This document shows positions 31,248 to 41,345 of a DNA stretch of 64,000 bases, in pieces. The notes under the pieces were generated by a model. It made no database searches. It was not told the origin of the DNA and worked only from the letters and a program-made list of their open reading frames with translations. A program made the translations under genes and the position numbers. Source of the stretch: an uncultured Acidobacteriota bacterium (GTDB taxonomy: Bacteria > Acidobacteriota > Terriglobia > UBA7540). How positions within the stretch are numbered: the first letter of the stretch is position 1; every line of letters begins with the position of its first letter. The stretch lies in the NCBI GenBank assembly GCA_963804995.1, contig CAWDSK010000002.1:734443-798442 (forward strand). The letters are read 5' to 3'.

Positions 31248-31808
31248 ATGGGTCATAACGCGATTTATAGTCGCCGAAAATTCATGCAGATGGCCGTGGT
31301 GGCCGCGGCTGCGGGACCCATTGTGTCCTGCATTGGCACCAGCAATCCCTGGCGTCATCTGAGTGAGGACGAAGCTCGCACCCTTGAAGTCCTGTGCGAC
31401 CGGATCATCCCCGCCGACCAGGATCCCGGGGCGGTCTGGGCCGGAGCCGTCAATTTTATCGACCGGCAATTGGTGGGGTCGTACCGGAAGCTTCAGAAGA
31501 CCTATCACCTGGGCCTGGCGGGTGCGAATGAAACCAGCCAAGCGATGTTCGGCAAACGTGTCGCGGCGCTCACCGGGGAGCAAGCCGATGAAGTGTTGCG
31601 CAAGCTGGAAAAAGGTCAGGCGCCGGGCGACACGTGGAAACAGCTCCCGGCCAGGCAGTTTTTTGATCTGGTGTTGAACCACACGATGCAGTCGTTTTAC
31701 GGTGACCCGCGGCACGGCGGCAATCGCGAAAGGGTGAGCTGGAAGATACTGCGCCTGCCCTATCCGCCGATTCGCGGTCGGCTGCAGTATGACCTGACGA
31801 AGGGCTAG
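31248..31808 (+). CDS. Gluconate 2-dehydrogenase subunit 3 family (Tat small subunit)
   Basis: SRRKFM Tat motif, RIIPAD.DPGA, FIDRQL, FYGDPRHGGNR. Confidence 0.88.
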   Translation: MGHNAIYSRRKFMQMAVVAAAAGPIVSCIGTSNPWRHLSEDEARTLEVLCDRIIPADQDPGAVWAGAVNFIDRQLVGSYRKLQKTYHLGLAGANETSQAMFGKRVAALTGEQADEVLRKLEKGQAPGDTWKQLPARQFFDLVLNHTMQSFYGDPRHGGNRERVSWKILRLPYPPIRGRLQYDLTKG

Positions 31809-32008
31809 GAGTCAGGAGCGAGGAGTTAGGAGCTAGAAGTCAGGAGTCAGGAGACAGAAGTCAGGAGATAGGAGTGAGAAGCTAGTAGTAACAAGTCAGA
31901 AAGTGGTGAGAGGCATTCCACAAACGGGTCGGATACTCAAATACCACCTCCTGACTTCTGACTCCTAGCTTCTAACTTCTAACTCCTAGCTCCTAACTTC
32001 TAACTCCT
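31805..32008. repeat. Inverted arrays of degenerate heptamers (AGGAGTC/AGAAGTC vs CTCCTAG/CTTCTAA)
   Basis: 7-nt periodic arm ~31805-31901 and complementary arm ~31948-32008. Confidence 0.75.
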
Positions 32009-32024
32009 TTCAGAATTAATTGCC

Positions 32025-33677
32025 ATGTCCCTCAAGCGCGTCAACGCGGTGGTAGTAGGAGCGGGAGCCGGCGGCGGCATTGTCGCCAAGGAGCTTTCCG
32101 AAGCCGGCCTATCCGTCGTGTTGCTCGAGCGCGGCAAATGGTACACGGCGGCTGACTGCCACAAAGACGACCTGCGCAATCAGCGGACCTCCGTGCTGGG
32201 CTGCGCGTTTGGTCCTGACGACGAGCGCAATCGCCGCGTGGCGGTGGACGCAAACGGCAAAGAGCGCGTGGTGGTGCCGAGTGAAGGCGCTTACCAGAAC
32301 GATGCCGCGTGCGTGGGCGGGGGCACGTTCAGTTACGGCGCCATGGCGTGGCGTTACCTCGAAAAAGACTTCCGCATGCGCACGACCTACGGCGCCGTGG
32401 CAGGCAGCACGCTCGACGACTGGCCCTGGAGCTACCAGGATCTGGAGCCTTACTACACCCAGGCGGAATGGGAAATCGGAGTATCGGGCGACGACACGAA
32501 CAACATTTTCAAGGGACCGCGCAGCCGGCCCTTGCCCATGCCGCCTCCGTTCCCCAGCCGCGAGCACCTGATTCTGAAGGCCGCCGCCGAGCATCTGAAG
32601 CTTCACCCCTTTGATCTTCCCATGCTGCGTAATACGGTTCCCTACAATGGCCGCGGAGCCTGCATGCGCTGCCGCTGGTGCGTGGGATTTGCCTGCGAAG
32701 TGGACGCCAAGTGCGGCACGCACAACACGGTGATCCCGCGCGCGCTCGCGACCGGCAATTGCACGCTGCGCACGGAATGCGTGGTGAAGGAAGTCCTGAC
32801 TGACGGGCAGGACCACGTGACAGGCGTTACCTACTTTGACGAACGCGGGAAACTTCAAGAGCAACTTGCCGATTTTGTCGTGGTCTCCGCCTCCGCCACG
32901 GAAACTCCGCGCCTGCTGCTCAACTCCAAAAGCCGCCTTTTCCCCAATGGCCTGGGCAATCGCTACGACTGGGTGGGTCGCAATCTGATGGGCCACGCCT
33001 ATGCGGGCGCTTACGGGCTGTTTGAGTCTGACACTTACGACGACCTTGGCCCCGGCGCTTCCATTGCCCTCTGCGATTACAACCACGGAAATCCGGGTCT
33101 GGTGGGTGGCGCGATGCTCTGCAACGAATTCATCCGCCTGCCCATTCACTTCGCCGCTTTGCGCCCACCGGGAGTGCCCACTTGGGGCGCCGCGCACAAG
33201 GAATTCATGCGCAAGTTCTTCAATCGCTGCATCGCAGTGCACGGACCGGTGCAGGAAATGCCGGTGTTCGATGCGCGCGTGCAGGTTGATCCACGCGTGG
33301 TGGATGATTGGGGAATCCCGGTGGCGCGCCTTTCCGGCACGCGGCACCTCCAGGACTTGGACGTGGCGAATTACATTTCGGGGAAGGCCGACGCCTGGCT
33401 GAAAGAAGCGGGCGCCATCACGACTTGGCCCAAGCTTCCCGGCAAGGGTCTGAGCGGCGGACAACACCAGGCCGGAACCTGCCGCATGGGGAACGATCCC
33501 AAGACTTCGGTGGTCGATCGCTATTGCCGCGTGCACGATATGCCGAATCTGTTTGTGGTCGACGGCAGCGTGCACGTCACGAACGGAGGCTTTAATCCCG
33601 CGCTGACCATCATGGCCATTGCCTACCTGGCCTCCCAACATATGGTTGAGACCTGGAAGGGCACGCAGATGAGGTAA
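32025..33677 (+). CDS. GMC family FAD oxidoreductase (dehydrogenase large subunit)
   Basis: VVVGAGAGG, LLERG, VGGGT, CMRCRWCVGFAC, HQAGTCRMG, NPALTIMA. Confidence 0.93.
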   Translation: MSLKRVNAVVVGAGAGGGIVAKELSEAGLSVVLLERGKWYTAADCHKDDLRNQRTSVLGCAFGPDDERNRRVAVDANGKERVVVPSEGAYQNDAACVGGGTFSYGAMAWRYLEKDFRMRTTYGAVAGSTLDDWPWSYQDLEPYYTQAEWEIGVSGDDTNNIFKGPRSRPLPMPPPFPSREHLILKAAAEHLKLHPFDLPMLRNTVPYNGRGACMRCRWCVGFACEVDAKCGTHNTVIPRALATGNCTLRTECVVKEVLTDGQDHVTGVTYFDERGKLQEQLADFVVVSASATETPRLLLNSKSRLFPNGLGNRYDWVGRNLMGHAYAGAYGLFESDTYDDLGPGASIALCDYNHGNPGLVGGAMLCNEFIRLPIHFAALRPPGVPTWGAAHKEFMRKFFNRCIAVHGPVQEMPVFDARVQVDPRVVDDWGIPVARLSGTRHLQDLDVANYISGKADAWLKEAGAITTWPKLPGKGLSGGQHQAGTCRMGNDPKTSVVDRYCRVHDMPNLFVVDGSVHVTNGGFNPALTIMAIAYLASQHMVETWKGTQMR

Positions 33678-33679
33678 AG

Positions 33680-33901
33680 CAGTGGTTAGTGGCTAGTGGT
33701 TAGTGGCTAGTCACTGAGCCCCGAAGGGGCGGTCCTCTAAAGCCCAGGCCAACGGCCTGAGTGAAAGCAGTGGTTGGTGGCTAGTCACTTGTTTTGCATT
33801 TGGGGAATGCGCTCATCCGTGGCGCCGCTCTTTAGGGCGGCACATGCCGGGCGGAAGGCCGGCGGTATTTTTCTAGCCACTAGCCACTAACCACTAACCA
33901 C
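33680..33901. repeat. Inverted AGTGG(T/C)T heptamer arrays
   Basis: AGTGGTTAGTGGCTAGTGGTTAGTGGCTAG at 33681; CTAGCCACTAGCCACTAACCACTAACCAC at ~33872. Confidence 0.75.
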
Positions 33902-33908
33902 TTTTCTT

Positions 33909-35024
33909 ATGGAAGAATCGCCAACATCTCGGCCACGTCCCAAATCTCGCCGCTTAAGAATTCTCCTAATCGCCCTGGGAGCGACGATTCTCGCCTTCCC
34001 CGGCGCCAGCATCTACTACGAGTATTCCGGCGGGCAGGCCTGCGCGCGTTGTCACGAAATCTGGCAGCCTTACACGGACTGGCACACCTCAGCGCACCGC
34101 AACATGCAGTGCGGAGCATGCCACGGCGACGTCTTCACGCTGGACGCGGGGTTCCACATCAATAACATGCGGCGGGTGGTCAACCACTTGAGCGGTGACG
34201 TGCCGGAACAAGTACGCCTCCAAACCAAAGACGTGTTCCGCATCGTGGAGCGTTGCAAGACCTGTCACCAGCAGGAGTATGCGGCCTGGGGATCGGGCAG
34301 GCACAGCGCCACCTATGGGGAAATCTTCCTTGACCCCAAGCAAAACCGTCAGCAATTGCTGATGGACGATTGCCTGCGCTGCCACGGCATGCACTACGAC
34401 GGCGGCATCCGTGACCTCGTGACCCCGGTCAATACCAAGGGCCCCTGGAAACTTCATGACCCGGCGATTGCCAACCGTCCGGCCATAAACTGCCTCACCT
34501 GCCACCAGATGCATCACCATGGAATGCCGCTGGCGCGCCCGGCGGTGAAGCCCGCGACCTCAAAGAACGAGGAAGTGAACACCCCTTCGCTCTCCCTCTT
34601 CGACCGGAGAGAATTGGATTCCGTGGCCGTTTCGAAGCTCTCCTTGCCCGTGATGCTCGAAGGCGAGCGCCCGGTGAAGATCAGCCCCGACCAGCGCCAG
34701 GCGCTCTGCTACCAGTGCCACGCGCCGCTCGGCACGCGCCAGGTGCACTCGGGCGACGATCGAACCCCCATGGGCGTGCACGAAGGCCTGAGTTGCTTTG
34801 CCTGCCACGAAAAGCACGGCGAACACACCCGCGCCTCCTGCGCCACCTGCCATCCCCGCCTGTCAAATTGCGGCCTGGACGTGGAGACCATGGATACCAC
34901 GTTCAAATCCACCCAGAGTCCGCACAACGTCCACTTCGTGAAATGTATCGACTGCCACACCAAAGGCATTCCCAAGAAACACCGCCCCGACGCACCCGTC
35001 AGCCTCACCTCCGCCGCGAGATAA
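33909..35024 (+). CDS. Membrane-anchored multiheme cytochrome c (9 CxxCH)
   Basis: N-terminal TM; CARCH, CGACH, CKTCH, CLRCH, CLTCH, CYQCH, CFACH, CATCH, CIDCH. Confidence 0.9.
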   Translation: MEESPTSRPRPKSRRLRILLIALGATILAFPGASIYYEYSGGQACARCHEIWQPYTDWHTSAHRNMQCGACHGDVFTLDAGFHINNMRRVVNHLSGDVPEQVRLQTKDVFRIVERCKTCHQQEYAAWGSGRHSATYGEIFLDPKQNRQQLLMDDCLRCHGMHYDGGIRDLVTPVNTKGPWKLHDPAIANRPAINCLTCHQMHHHGMPLARPAVKPATSKNEEVNTPSLSLFDRRELDSVAVSKLSLPVMLEGERPVKISPDQRQALCYQCHAPLGTRQVHSGDDRTPMGVHEGLSCFACHEKHGEHTRASCATCHPRLSNCGLDVETMDTTFKSTQSPHNVHFVKCIDCHTKGIPKKHRPDAPVSLTSAAR

Positions 35025-35347
35025 ATGGAGGAAGGAGCTAGGAGTTAGAAGCAAGGAGCTAGGAGTCAGGAGCAAGGATTTGGGATTGAGGATTCAGCGC
35101 GTCCTGCCCGCGCCAAAAAACCTAACCTGATAACAGCCTTCTCCGAGCTTAGCCTGATAACGGCCTTCTCCTAACATAACCTGATAACAGCCTTCTCCCA
35201 GGGGAGAAGGTGGCCGAAGGCCGGGTGAGGGGTCACTTCCAATCCTCGTAGAGCTCTGAATTCAGGAGTAAGTGTAGCGCGGGCTAGTCGCCAATAAAAA
35301 CTCCCGCTAGAATGGAAATTCCGATTAACTTGCCGTGGGGGTTTTGA

Positions 35348-36157
35348 ATGCATCTACTGCCATGGAGAGCCGCTGGGATCAGGCAGTTCTGCGTAGTTTT
35401 CATCGCCCTTACGACGTGCTTAACTTCTCCGCTATCTGCCCAGATGAAACCTCAGGGTTCGGGCCATAAGGCCGCTGTCGCTCACGTTCCATTCGTCGGA
35501 TGCGCTTCGGACGGTCAAGTGGGGCCAGTGGAAGCGCCCAAGGGCGTCGAAGTAGAAGAGCCGATAAATGCGAAGGCAGCCCAAAGGCTCGCGTATTACC
35601 AATCCGAAAGCTCGGTAGGTGTTCTGGCTCCCCGCGGTTGGTTCTGCTTTGGAACGTATGGCTCAAGCGGCTCAAACTTGTTCGTTACACCCCAACCCAT
35701 CAAGAGAGATGACTTGTTCTCTTCAACCTGGGGCGAGTTTACCGGGCCGGCCATTCAGGCCTCTAGAATATCCGGAGGGACATCGGGGAGATTTGAGGTG
35801 GCGCGGGTTATGGCGCAGGTCTTCCCGGCACATAAGGCATTCGTCGAGAGAGTCATCAAAGAGGGATTGGAACCGGCAAGCGATTTTCCCTCCGGCCCTT
35901 ACCCACAAGATAAATTGATTTCTCAAAGTGACCGGATCGTCGAATATGAAACGCCTCCGCATGCAGAGGGACTGGGCACCAAAACCAGTCTATTACGGGC
36001 GAACTACGATCCTATCAGCGGGGTTGTAATTCTTCAGGGTGAAGAGCCAGACCTGCTGTTCTTAGGGGTGCGCTTACCGTCCAGCATGCATGACCTCACT
36101 TCCTACATCATCCAGCAGATCGAGCGAGATAACGCCGCAACCCCATCCGAGAAGTGA
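35348..36157 (+). CDS. Hypothetical secreted protein
   Basis: 269-aa ORF with signal-peptide-like N terminus; no family recognised. Confidence 0.65.
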   Translation: MHLLPWRAAGIRQFCVVFIALTTCLTSPLSAQMKPQGSGHKAAVAHVPFVGCASDGQVGPVEAPKGVEVEEPINAKAAQRLAYYQSESSVGVLAPRGWFCFGTYGSSGSNLFVTPQPIKRDDLFSSTWGEFTGPAIQASRISGGTSGRFEVARVMAQVFPAHKAFVERVIKEGLEPASDFPSGPYPQDKLISQSDRIVEYETPPHAEGLGTKTSLLRANYDPISGVVILQGEEPDLLFLGVRLPSSMHDLTSYIIQQIERDNAATPSEK

Positions 36158-36658
36158 ATGGCGTATCGCCGTCCTGGTCCGCTACAGGGGCTCAACGGAC
36201 CAGCTATACTCTCCCCACGAGCATCCCTACTCAGCGTGTCCGTGAACTACGCCACAACCAAACCTAGGCTGAAAAAGCCGCATGGTATTTGCTGCGCGGT
36301 CGGCTGAGTTCGTACTGAAAGTGCAACAAGAGATTTGGGCGGCGATGCTTGAGGACGCGCGAAGATGAACAAGTGACCCTCATCCGCTTCGTACCTCAAG
36401 CACCTTCTCCCGCCAAGGCGGATCTGCGACCCCTGGGAGAAGGTTGGAAGTCAAACCGCCCTCTCCGAGGGGAGAGGGTGGACCGCCGCCGGCGTTTTCA
36501 TCAGCCGGGGCGGGACGGGTGAGGGGTTACTTCACCACCCGATGAGCGGGACCCGCACCCAACTACGGAACGAGCAGCGCCTTTTCCAGTTTGGTTGCGG
36601 CCCCGCCACGTTTTTCCTCCGCTTGCTTCCCTCCCTAGCTTCGCGGAATAATGGGCTG

Positions 36659-39600
36659 ATGTCATCCCCGCTCAAGCTGAACCCCGCACAACTCAAAGCT
36701 GTTGAGCATGGGGAAGGCCCTCTGCTGATCATTGCCGGCCCGGGCAGCGGCAAGACTCGCGTCATTACACAGCGCATCGTTCACCTGTTGGCGGGCGCGG
36801 CAGCGGAAGATCCTCCCACGCTCATGGAGGCTGCGAACGTGGTGCTGTCGTCTGGCGAAGTGTCGGGTGAGACCCTTCAGCCTGAAAATTTGCTCGCGTT
36901 GACGTTTTCAGACAAGGCGGCGGCGGAAATGCGCCGTCGCGTGCGTGAAGCTCTGCCGGAGCTTGAAACACTCCCCAACATTTCTACCTTCCACGCCTTC
37001 TGCTTCAAGATGCTGCGCAAGCGCCATTTTGAGCGCATGCTCCTTGACAAGGTCGATGTGTGGATCTTCCTCCGCAAGCGCATGGAGCAGCTCGAACTGG
37101 AGTTCTACCAGAAGCTCGCGGAGCCGGGAGCGTTCCTCCACTCGCTGAATGAGTTCTTCTCGCGTTGCCAGGATGAGCTGATTGAGCCCGCGGATTTTGA
37201 ACGCTTCGCGGACGCGTTGGAAAAGGATTACCTCGAGCAGGCGCCTTCGCTCAACTCCGCCGAGCGCCTCCTGATGCAGCAGGAAATCCAAAAGAAGCAG
37301 GAACTCGCGCGCGTCTTCCGCAACAGCCGGAAGTTGCTTGAAGAGGCCGGCTGCTCCAGCCTCGGCAGCCTGATTCCGGAAGCGGTGCGCCTTTTCGATC
37401 GCGAGCCTGAGGTGCTGGAATCCTATCGCCAGCGCTTTCGCTATGTGCTGGTGGATGAATTTCAGGACACGAATTACGCGCAGGTCGAACTGCTGAAGCG
37501 TCTGGTCAAGCCGCCTTCGAATATCACCGCGGTGGGTGACGACGACCAGGCCATTTACCGCTTTCGCGGCGCCTCGCACGGCGCCTTCAGAATGTTTGAC
37601 GAGGCCTTCCCCGGTCACGAGACGGTTTTTCTCGACACCAATTATCGCTCAACCCGGCGCATCCTGCGCGTGGCCGACGTGGTGATCACGAAGAACGATC
37701 GCTACGAGGCCAAACCGAAACTGCGCGCGAGCCACGAGGAGGGCGGGCCCGTCTACCTGCTGCAATCCTCCGACTACCTGAGCGAGGCCGCGTGGATTGC
37801 GGATGAGGTCGCGCGCCTCGTGAAACAGGGCACACCCGAAGGTGACATCGCCGTCCTCTATCGCGCCCACAGCCATCGTGACCCGCTGGTCGAGCAATTC
37901 CACCGGCACAAGATCCCCTTTGTCATCCGCGGACTGTCGATCCTTTCCACCATCATCCTGCGCGACCTGCTGGCGTATCTGAATATCATCGCGTCGCCGC
38001 ACGATAACATCAGCTTGACGCGCGTGCTGCTGGAGCCGCGCTGGAAATTCCCGGAAGAGCTGGCGCTGGAGGTGCGCAAGCAGGCGGCGCGCGACCGCTG
38101 CTCGCTCCACGAGGTTCTGCAATCCTGGGAGAAGGCTGGGGCGGCGAATCGTCTGGAGCAGACCGGCTGGCCGGAACTCGCGCGCCTGCTCAACGAATTG
38201 CGCAAGTACGCGGAACACGCCCCGGTTACGGCGCTGTTCCGCCGGTTGATCGGCCGCCTGGAATTAACCTTCCTGCCGCATGATCCCGACGGCGGTTATG
38301 TGGAGGCTTTCCGCAAATTCCTGGAGGAATGGGAAGGCAAGAGCGCGTCGTGGAAGCTCGCGGAATTTCGCGAATACTTCCAGTACTTTGTCGAGGCCGG
38401 TGGCTCGATTGAAGCGCCCGGTCCTGAGAACGCCGCGAACGCCGTCCAAATGATGACCGTGCACGCCGCGAAGGGTTTGGAGTTTCCCGTTGTGTTCATC
38501 CTCAGCGTCGCCCCGCGGCGGTTTCCCCACAGCGAGCAGAAACCCGTCATCGAATTCCCCGACGCGCTGCGCAAAGGCCCTCAGCCCCCCGCCGACATCC
38601 ATCAGCAGGAAGAGCGGCGGCTTTTTTACGTGGCCCTGACGCGCGCCCAGGAACGGTTGTACGTTTCAAGCGTGTCGAAGTCGGGGAAAAAGACCTCCAT
38701 TTTTATCGACGATCTGCGCTCGAACCCCGCCGTGACGGCGCGCGACTTGGAGTTGATCCAAGTTCCCGATGTCCCACTTGATGCGGCTCCCAGCGGCTCC
38801 CAGCGCCTTGTCCCACCAGAAATCCCTGCCTCCCCGAAACCACAAGCCAATTTGTTTGGCGATGAGCCGAATCCGCCCGCCATCTATCCGCCCCTTGCGG
38901 AGTGGGCCAGTCAGCCGCAGCCGGTGAGCGCCGGGGAGAAACTTCAGCTCAGCGCGTCTGCCATCGAGACGTATGAGAATTGCCCGCAGAAATTCAAGTT
39001 CAGCCACTACCTGAAAATTCCCACCGGTCCGCAGCCGACTCTGACGTTCGGCAACATCATGCACCAATGCGTGCGGCACTACTTCGAATTGCGCAAGCAG
39101 GGCCCGGTGAAATTCGAAAAACTCGAAAGCCACTTCGAACAAATCTGGAAGAGCGCGGGCTTTGAAGATGAGTACCAGGAGCAGGCCTACAAGAAAGCGG
39201 GGCTTGAGCAGTTGCGCGACTTCGCAAAGAAACACGAAACCAGCAACACGCTGCCACTTGGCGCAGAGGCGCATTTCTCGCTCGATTTGGGCGACGTGAT
39301 CCTGGAAGGGCGTATCGACCAGATCAATCCACTTGAACAGCATTCCGTGGAACTGATCGATTACAAAACCGGCCGGCCGCCTTCGCAAAAGGACGCCGAC
39401 AAAAGCCTGCAGCTCTCCGTATACGCGCTGGCGGCGCGCGACCAGATGCGCTTGAATCCGGCGCGGCTCACGTTCTATAGCTTGACCCAGAACGCGCCGG
39501 TCTCAACTGTGCGGACCAACAAAGATCTGGATAAGGTGCTCACTGAGATTCGTGAAGTGGCGGCGCAAATCCGCCAACAACTGTTTCCACCCAAGCCCGG

Positions 39601-39661
39601 GTTTGTGTGCAAGTATTGCGACTACGTGCTGATCTGTCCGGCGCACGAAGAAGCCTTCTAG
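36659..39661 (+). CDS. UvrD/PcrA-like SF1 helicase fused to a C-terminal PD-(D/E)XK nuclease
   Basis: AGPGSGKT, VDEFQD, GDDDQAIYRFRGA, TVHAAKGLEF, LFYVALTRA; nuclease GRID, IDYKTG, QL..Y; Cys in ENCP and CKYCDYVLIC. Confidence 0.92.
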   Translation: MSSPLKLNPAQLKAVEHGEGPLLIIAGPGSGKTRVITQRIVHLLAGAAAEDPPTLMEAANVVLSSGEVSGETLQPENLLALTFSDKAAAEMRRRVREALPELETLPNISTFHAFCFKMLRKRHFERMLLDKVDVWIFLRKRMEQLELEFYQKLAEPGAFLHSLNEFFSRCQDELIEPADFERFADALEKDYLEQAPSLNSAERLLMQQEIQKKQELARVFRNSRKLLEEAGCSSLGSLIPEAVRLFDREPEVLESYRQRFRYVLVDEFQDTNYAQVELLKRLVKPPSNITAVGDDDQAIYRFRGASHGAFRMFDEAFPGHETVFLDTNYRSTRRILRVADVVITKNDRYEAKPKLRASHEEGGPVYLLQSSDYLSEAAWIADEVARLVKQGTPEGDIAVLYRAHSHRDPLVEQFHRHKIPFVIRGLSILSTIILRDLLAYLNIIASPHDNISLTRVLLEPRWKFPEELALEVRKQAARDRCSLHEVLQSWEKAGAANRLEQTGWPELARLLNELRKYAEHAPVTALFRRLIGRLELTFLPHDPDGGYVEAFRKFLEEWEGKSASWKLAEFREYFQYFVEAGGSIEAPGPENAANAVQMMTVHAAKGLEFPVVFILSVAPRRFPHSEQKPVIEFPDALRKGPQPPADIHQQEERRLFYVALTRAQERLYVSSVSKSGKKTSIFIDDLRSNPAVTARDLELIQVPDVPLDAAPSGSQRLVPPEIPASPKPQANLFGDEPNPPAIYPPLAEWASQPQPVSAGEKLQLSASAIETYENCPQKFKFSHYLKIPTGPQPTLTFGNIMHQCVRHYFELRKQGPVKFEKLESHFEQIWKSAGFEDEYQEQAYKKAGLEQLRDFAKKHETSNTLPLGAEAHFSLDLGDVILEGRIDQINPLEQHSVELIDYKTGRPPSQKDADKSLQLSVYALAARDQMRLNPARLTFYSLTQNAPVSTVRTNKDLDKVLTEIREVAAQIRQQLFPPKPGFVCKYCDYVLICPAHEEAF

Positions 39662-39698
39662 CGACAATTCAGTTATCATCTGTTCCCGGAAAGCCGAG

Positions 39699-41234
39699 GT
39701 GATGGCGATGAACTCAATCCTGCTGGTCGTGCTGGGTGTGGCCTTGGGCGCGCTCATCGGTTGGCTGCTGGCGGCGACCCGCACCAAGTCAGAACTGATC
39801 AAAACCCAGGTTGAAGCGGAAGGCCGCGTGAAGGCGGCGGAAAGCTCGCGCGAGGAGGTGCGCGCGCAGTTGGGCGCGCTCGAAGCATCGCTCGATAATC
39901 GCAGCAAGGAAATCGACGGCCTTCAGCAAAAGCTGCGCGAAGAGGGCGAGCAGAAGGTTCGGGCGCAGACGGAACTCGAACAGGTCAGGAGTGCGCTTGC
40001 GGATCTGGGAGAACTGCGGGAACGCCTGAAGGGTGAGGGTGAGTCGCGGGTGGCGGCGGAGACCAAGCTGCGAGAGACCCAGGCGAGCCTGGAAGAGCAA
40101 AGAAAAGTGTTGGAGGAGGCCAAGAAGAACCTGACGGAAACCTTTCAGGCGCTCTCCTCCGAAGCGCTTAGAAACAATAACCGGGCTTTCCTCGAGCTTG
40201 CCAACAGCAAATTTGAAACTTTGCAGGCACAGGCGAAGGGCGACCTGGAGACGCGGCAGAAAGCCATCGACGGCCTGGTCGCCCCGCTCAAAGAATCGCT
40301 GGGCCGATACGAGCAACAGATCCTGGAGATGGAGAAGACGCGGCAAAAGGCTTATGGCACTTTGGATGAGCAACTGCGATCCCTTGCCCAGGCAAATCAG
40401 AAATTGGAGGAAGAGACCAAGCATCTGGCGAATGCGTTGAGTTCACCTCTGAAAGTCCGGGGCCGTTGGGGGGAACTCACGTTGCGTCGAGTCGTGGAGC
40501 TGGCGGGCATGTCGGAGCATTGTGACTTCACAGAGCAAGAGACGATTGCGACAGAATCCGGGCGACAGCGGCCTGACATGATCGTAAATCTCCCGGGAAA
40601 GCGACGCATCGCGGTCGATGCGAAAGTTCCGCTGCAATCCTTCCTCGATGCAGTCGACACTGAGAAGTCAGATGAGGAAAGAAGAAAGGCGCTCGCGACT
40701 CATGGGGAATTAGTGCGGGATCACATGAATCAGCTCGCGGAGCGCCGGTATTGGGAGCAAGTCGGCCCGGAGCTGGAACTGGTCGTGTTGTTCCTGCCCG
40801 GCGAATCTTTCTTCAGTGCGGCGCTGGAACAGGACCGGCAATTAATCGATGATGGGATGCAGAAAAAAGTCGTGCTGGCGACGCCCACGACTCTTATCGC
40901 TTTGTTGCGATCGGCAGCTTACCTCTGGCAGCAGGAAAAGATTACTCAGAACGCGCAGGCCATCAGTGATCTCGGCAAAGACCTCTACGACCGCATCCGC
41001 ACTTTCCTGGGCCACTTCAAGGCTATGGGCGGATCGCTGGAGCGTGCCGTGGATTCCTACAACAAGGCCGTGGGTTCGATGGAGAGCCGCGTGTTGCCCT
41101 CCGCGCGGAAGTTCAAGGAACTGGGCGCTGCAACGGGCGAAGAGATACCCGAACTCGAACCGGTGGATGAAGCGCCACGCGCCTTGGCGGCGCCGGAGAA
41201 GGAGCAAGGAGTGGGAAGCGAGGAGTCAGAATAA
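39699..41234 (+). CDS. rmuC: DNA recombination protein RmuC
   Basis: TM plus coiled coil, RGRWGELTL, RPDMIVNLP, VDAKVPL, LFLPGE, TPTTLIALL. Confidence 0.93.
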   Translation: MMAMNSILLVVLGVALGALIGWLLAATRTKSELIKTQVEAEGRVKAAESSREEVRAQLGALEASLDNRSKEIDGLQQKLREEGEQKVRAQTELEQVRSALADLGELRERLKGEGESRVAAETKLRETQASLEEQRKVLEEAKKNLTETFQALSSEALRNNNRAFLELANSKFETLQAQAKGDLETRQKAIDGLVAPLKESLGRYEQQILEMEKTRQKAYGTLDEQLRSLAQANQKLEEETKHLANALSSPLKVRGRWGELTLRRVVELAGMSEHCDFTEQETIATESGRQRPDMIVNLPGKRRIAVDAKVPLQSFLDAVDTEKSDEERRKALATHGELVRDHMNQLAERRYWEQVGPELELVVLFLPGESFFSAALEQDRQLIDDGMQKKVVLATPTTLIALLRSAAYLWQQEKITQNAQAISDLGKDLYDRIRTFLGHFKAMGGSLERAVDSYNKAVGSMESRVLPSARKFKELGAATGEEIPELEPVDEAPRALAAPEKEQGVGSEESE

Positions 41235-41282
41235 AGCATCGCGGCTTCTCACTTCTCGCTTCTAGCTACTCACTCCTGCTAC

Positions 41283-41318
41283 AAAAAAACTTCGGGGGTG
41301 CATCTCTGCACCCCCGAA
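41283..41318 (-). terminator. Intrinsic terminator
   Basis: Minus strand TTCGGGGGTGCA-GAGA-TGCACCCCCGAA followed by G and T7. Confidence 0.85.
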
Positions 41319-41345
41319 CGTTCCTTTCAATTTTCCGAAAACAAC

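Noticed and set aside
32109..33641. 510-aa minus-strand ORF, and similar long antisense ORFs over eno, rnr, ggt, the 884-aa gene and the MFS gene
   Set aside because: Shadow frames expected from high-GC codon bias opposite well-supported genes
35123..35198. Possible mini CRISPR array
   Set aside because: Only 5-nt gaps between 22-nt repeats, and no cas genes
38940..39661. Cas4-like nuclease suggesting CRISPR adaptation
   Set aside because: It is the C-terminal domain of a UvrD fusion; no cas1/cas2 or array in the window
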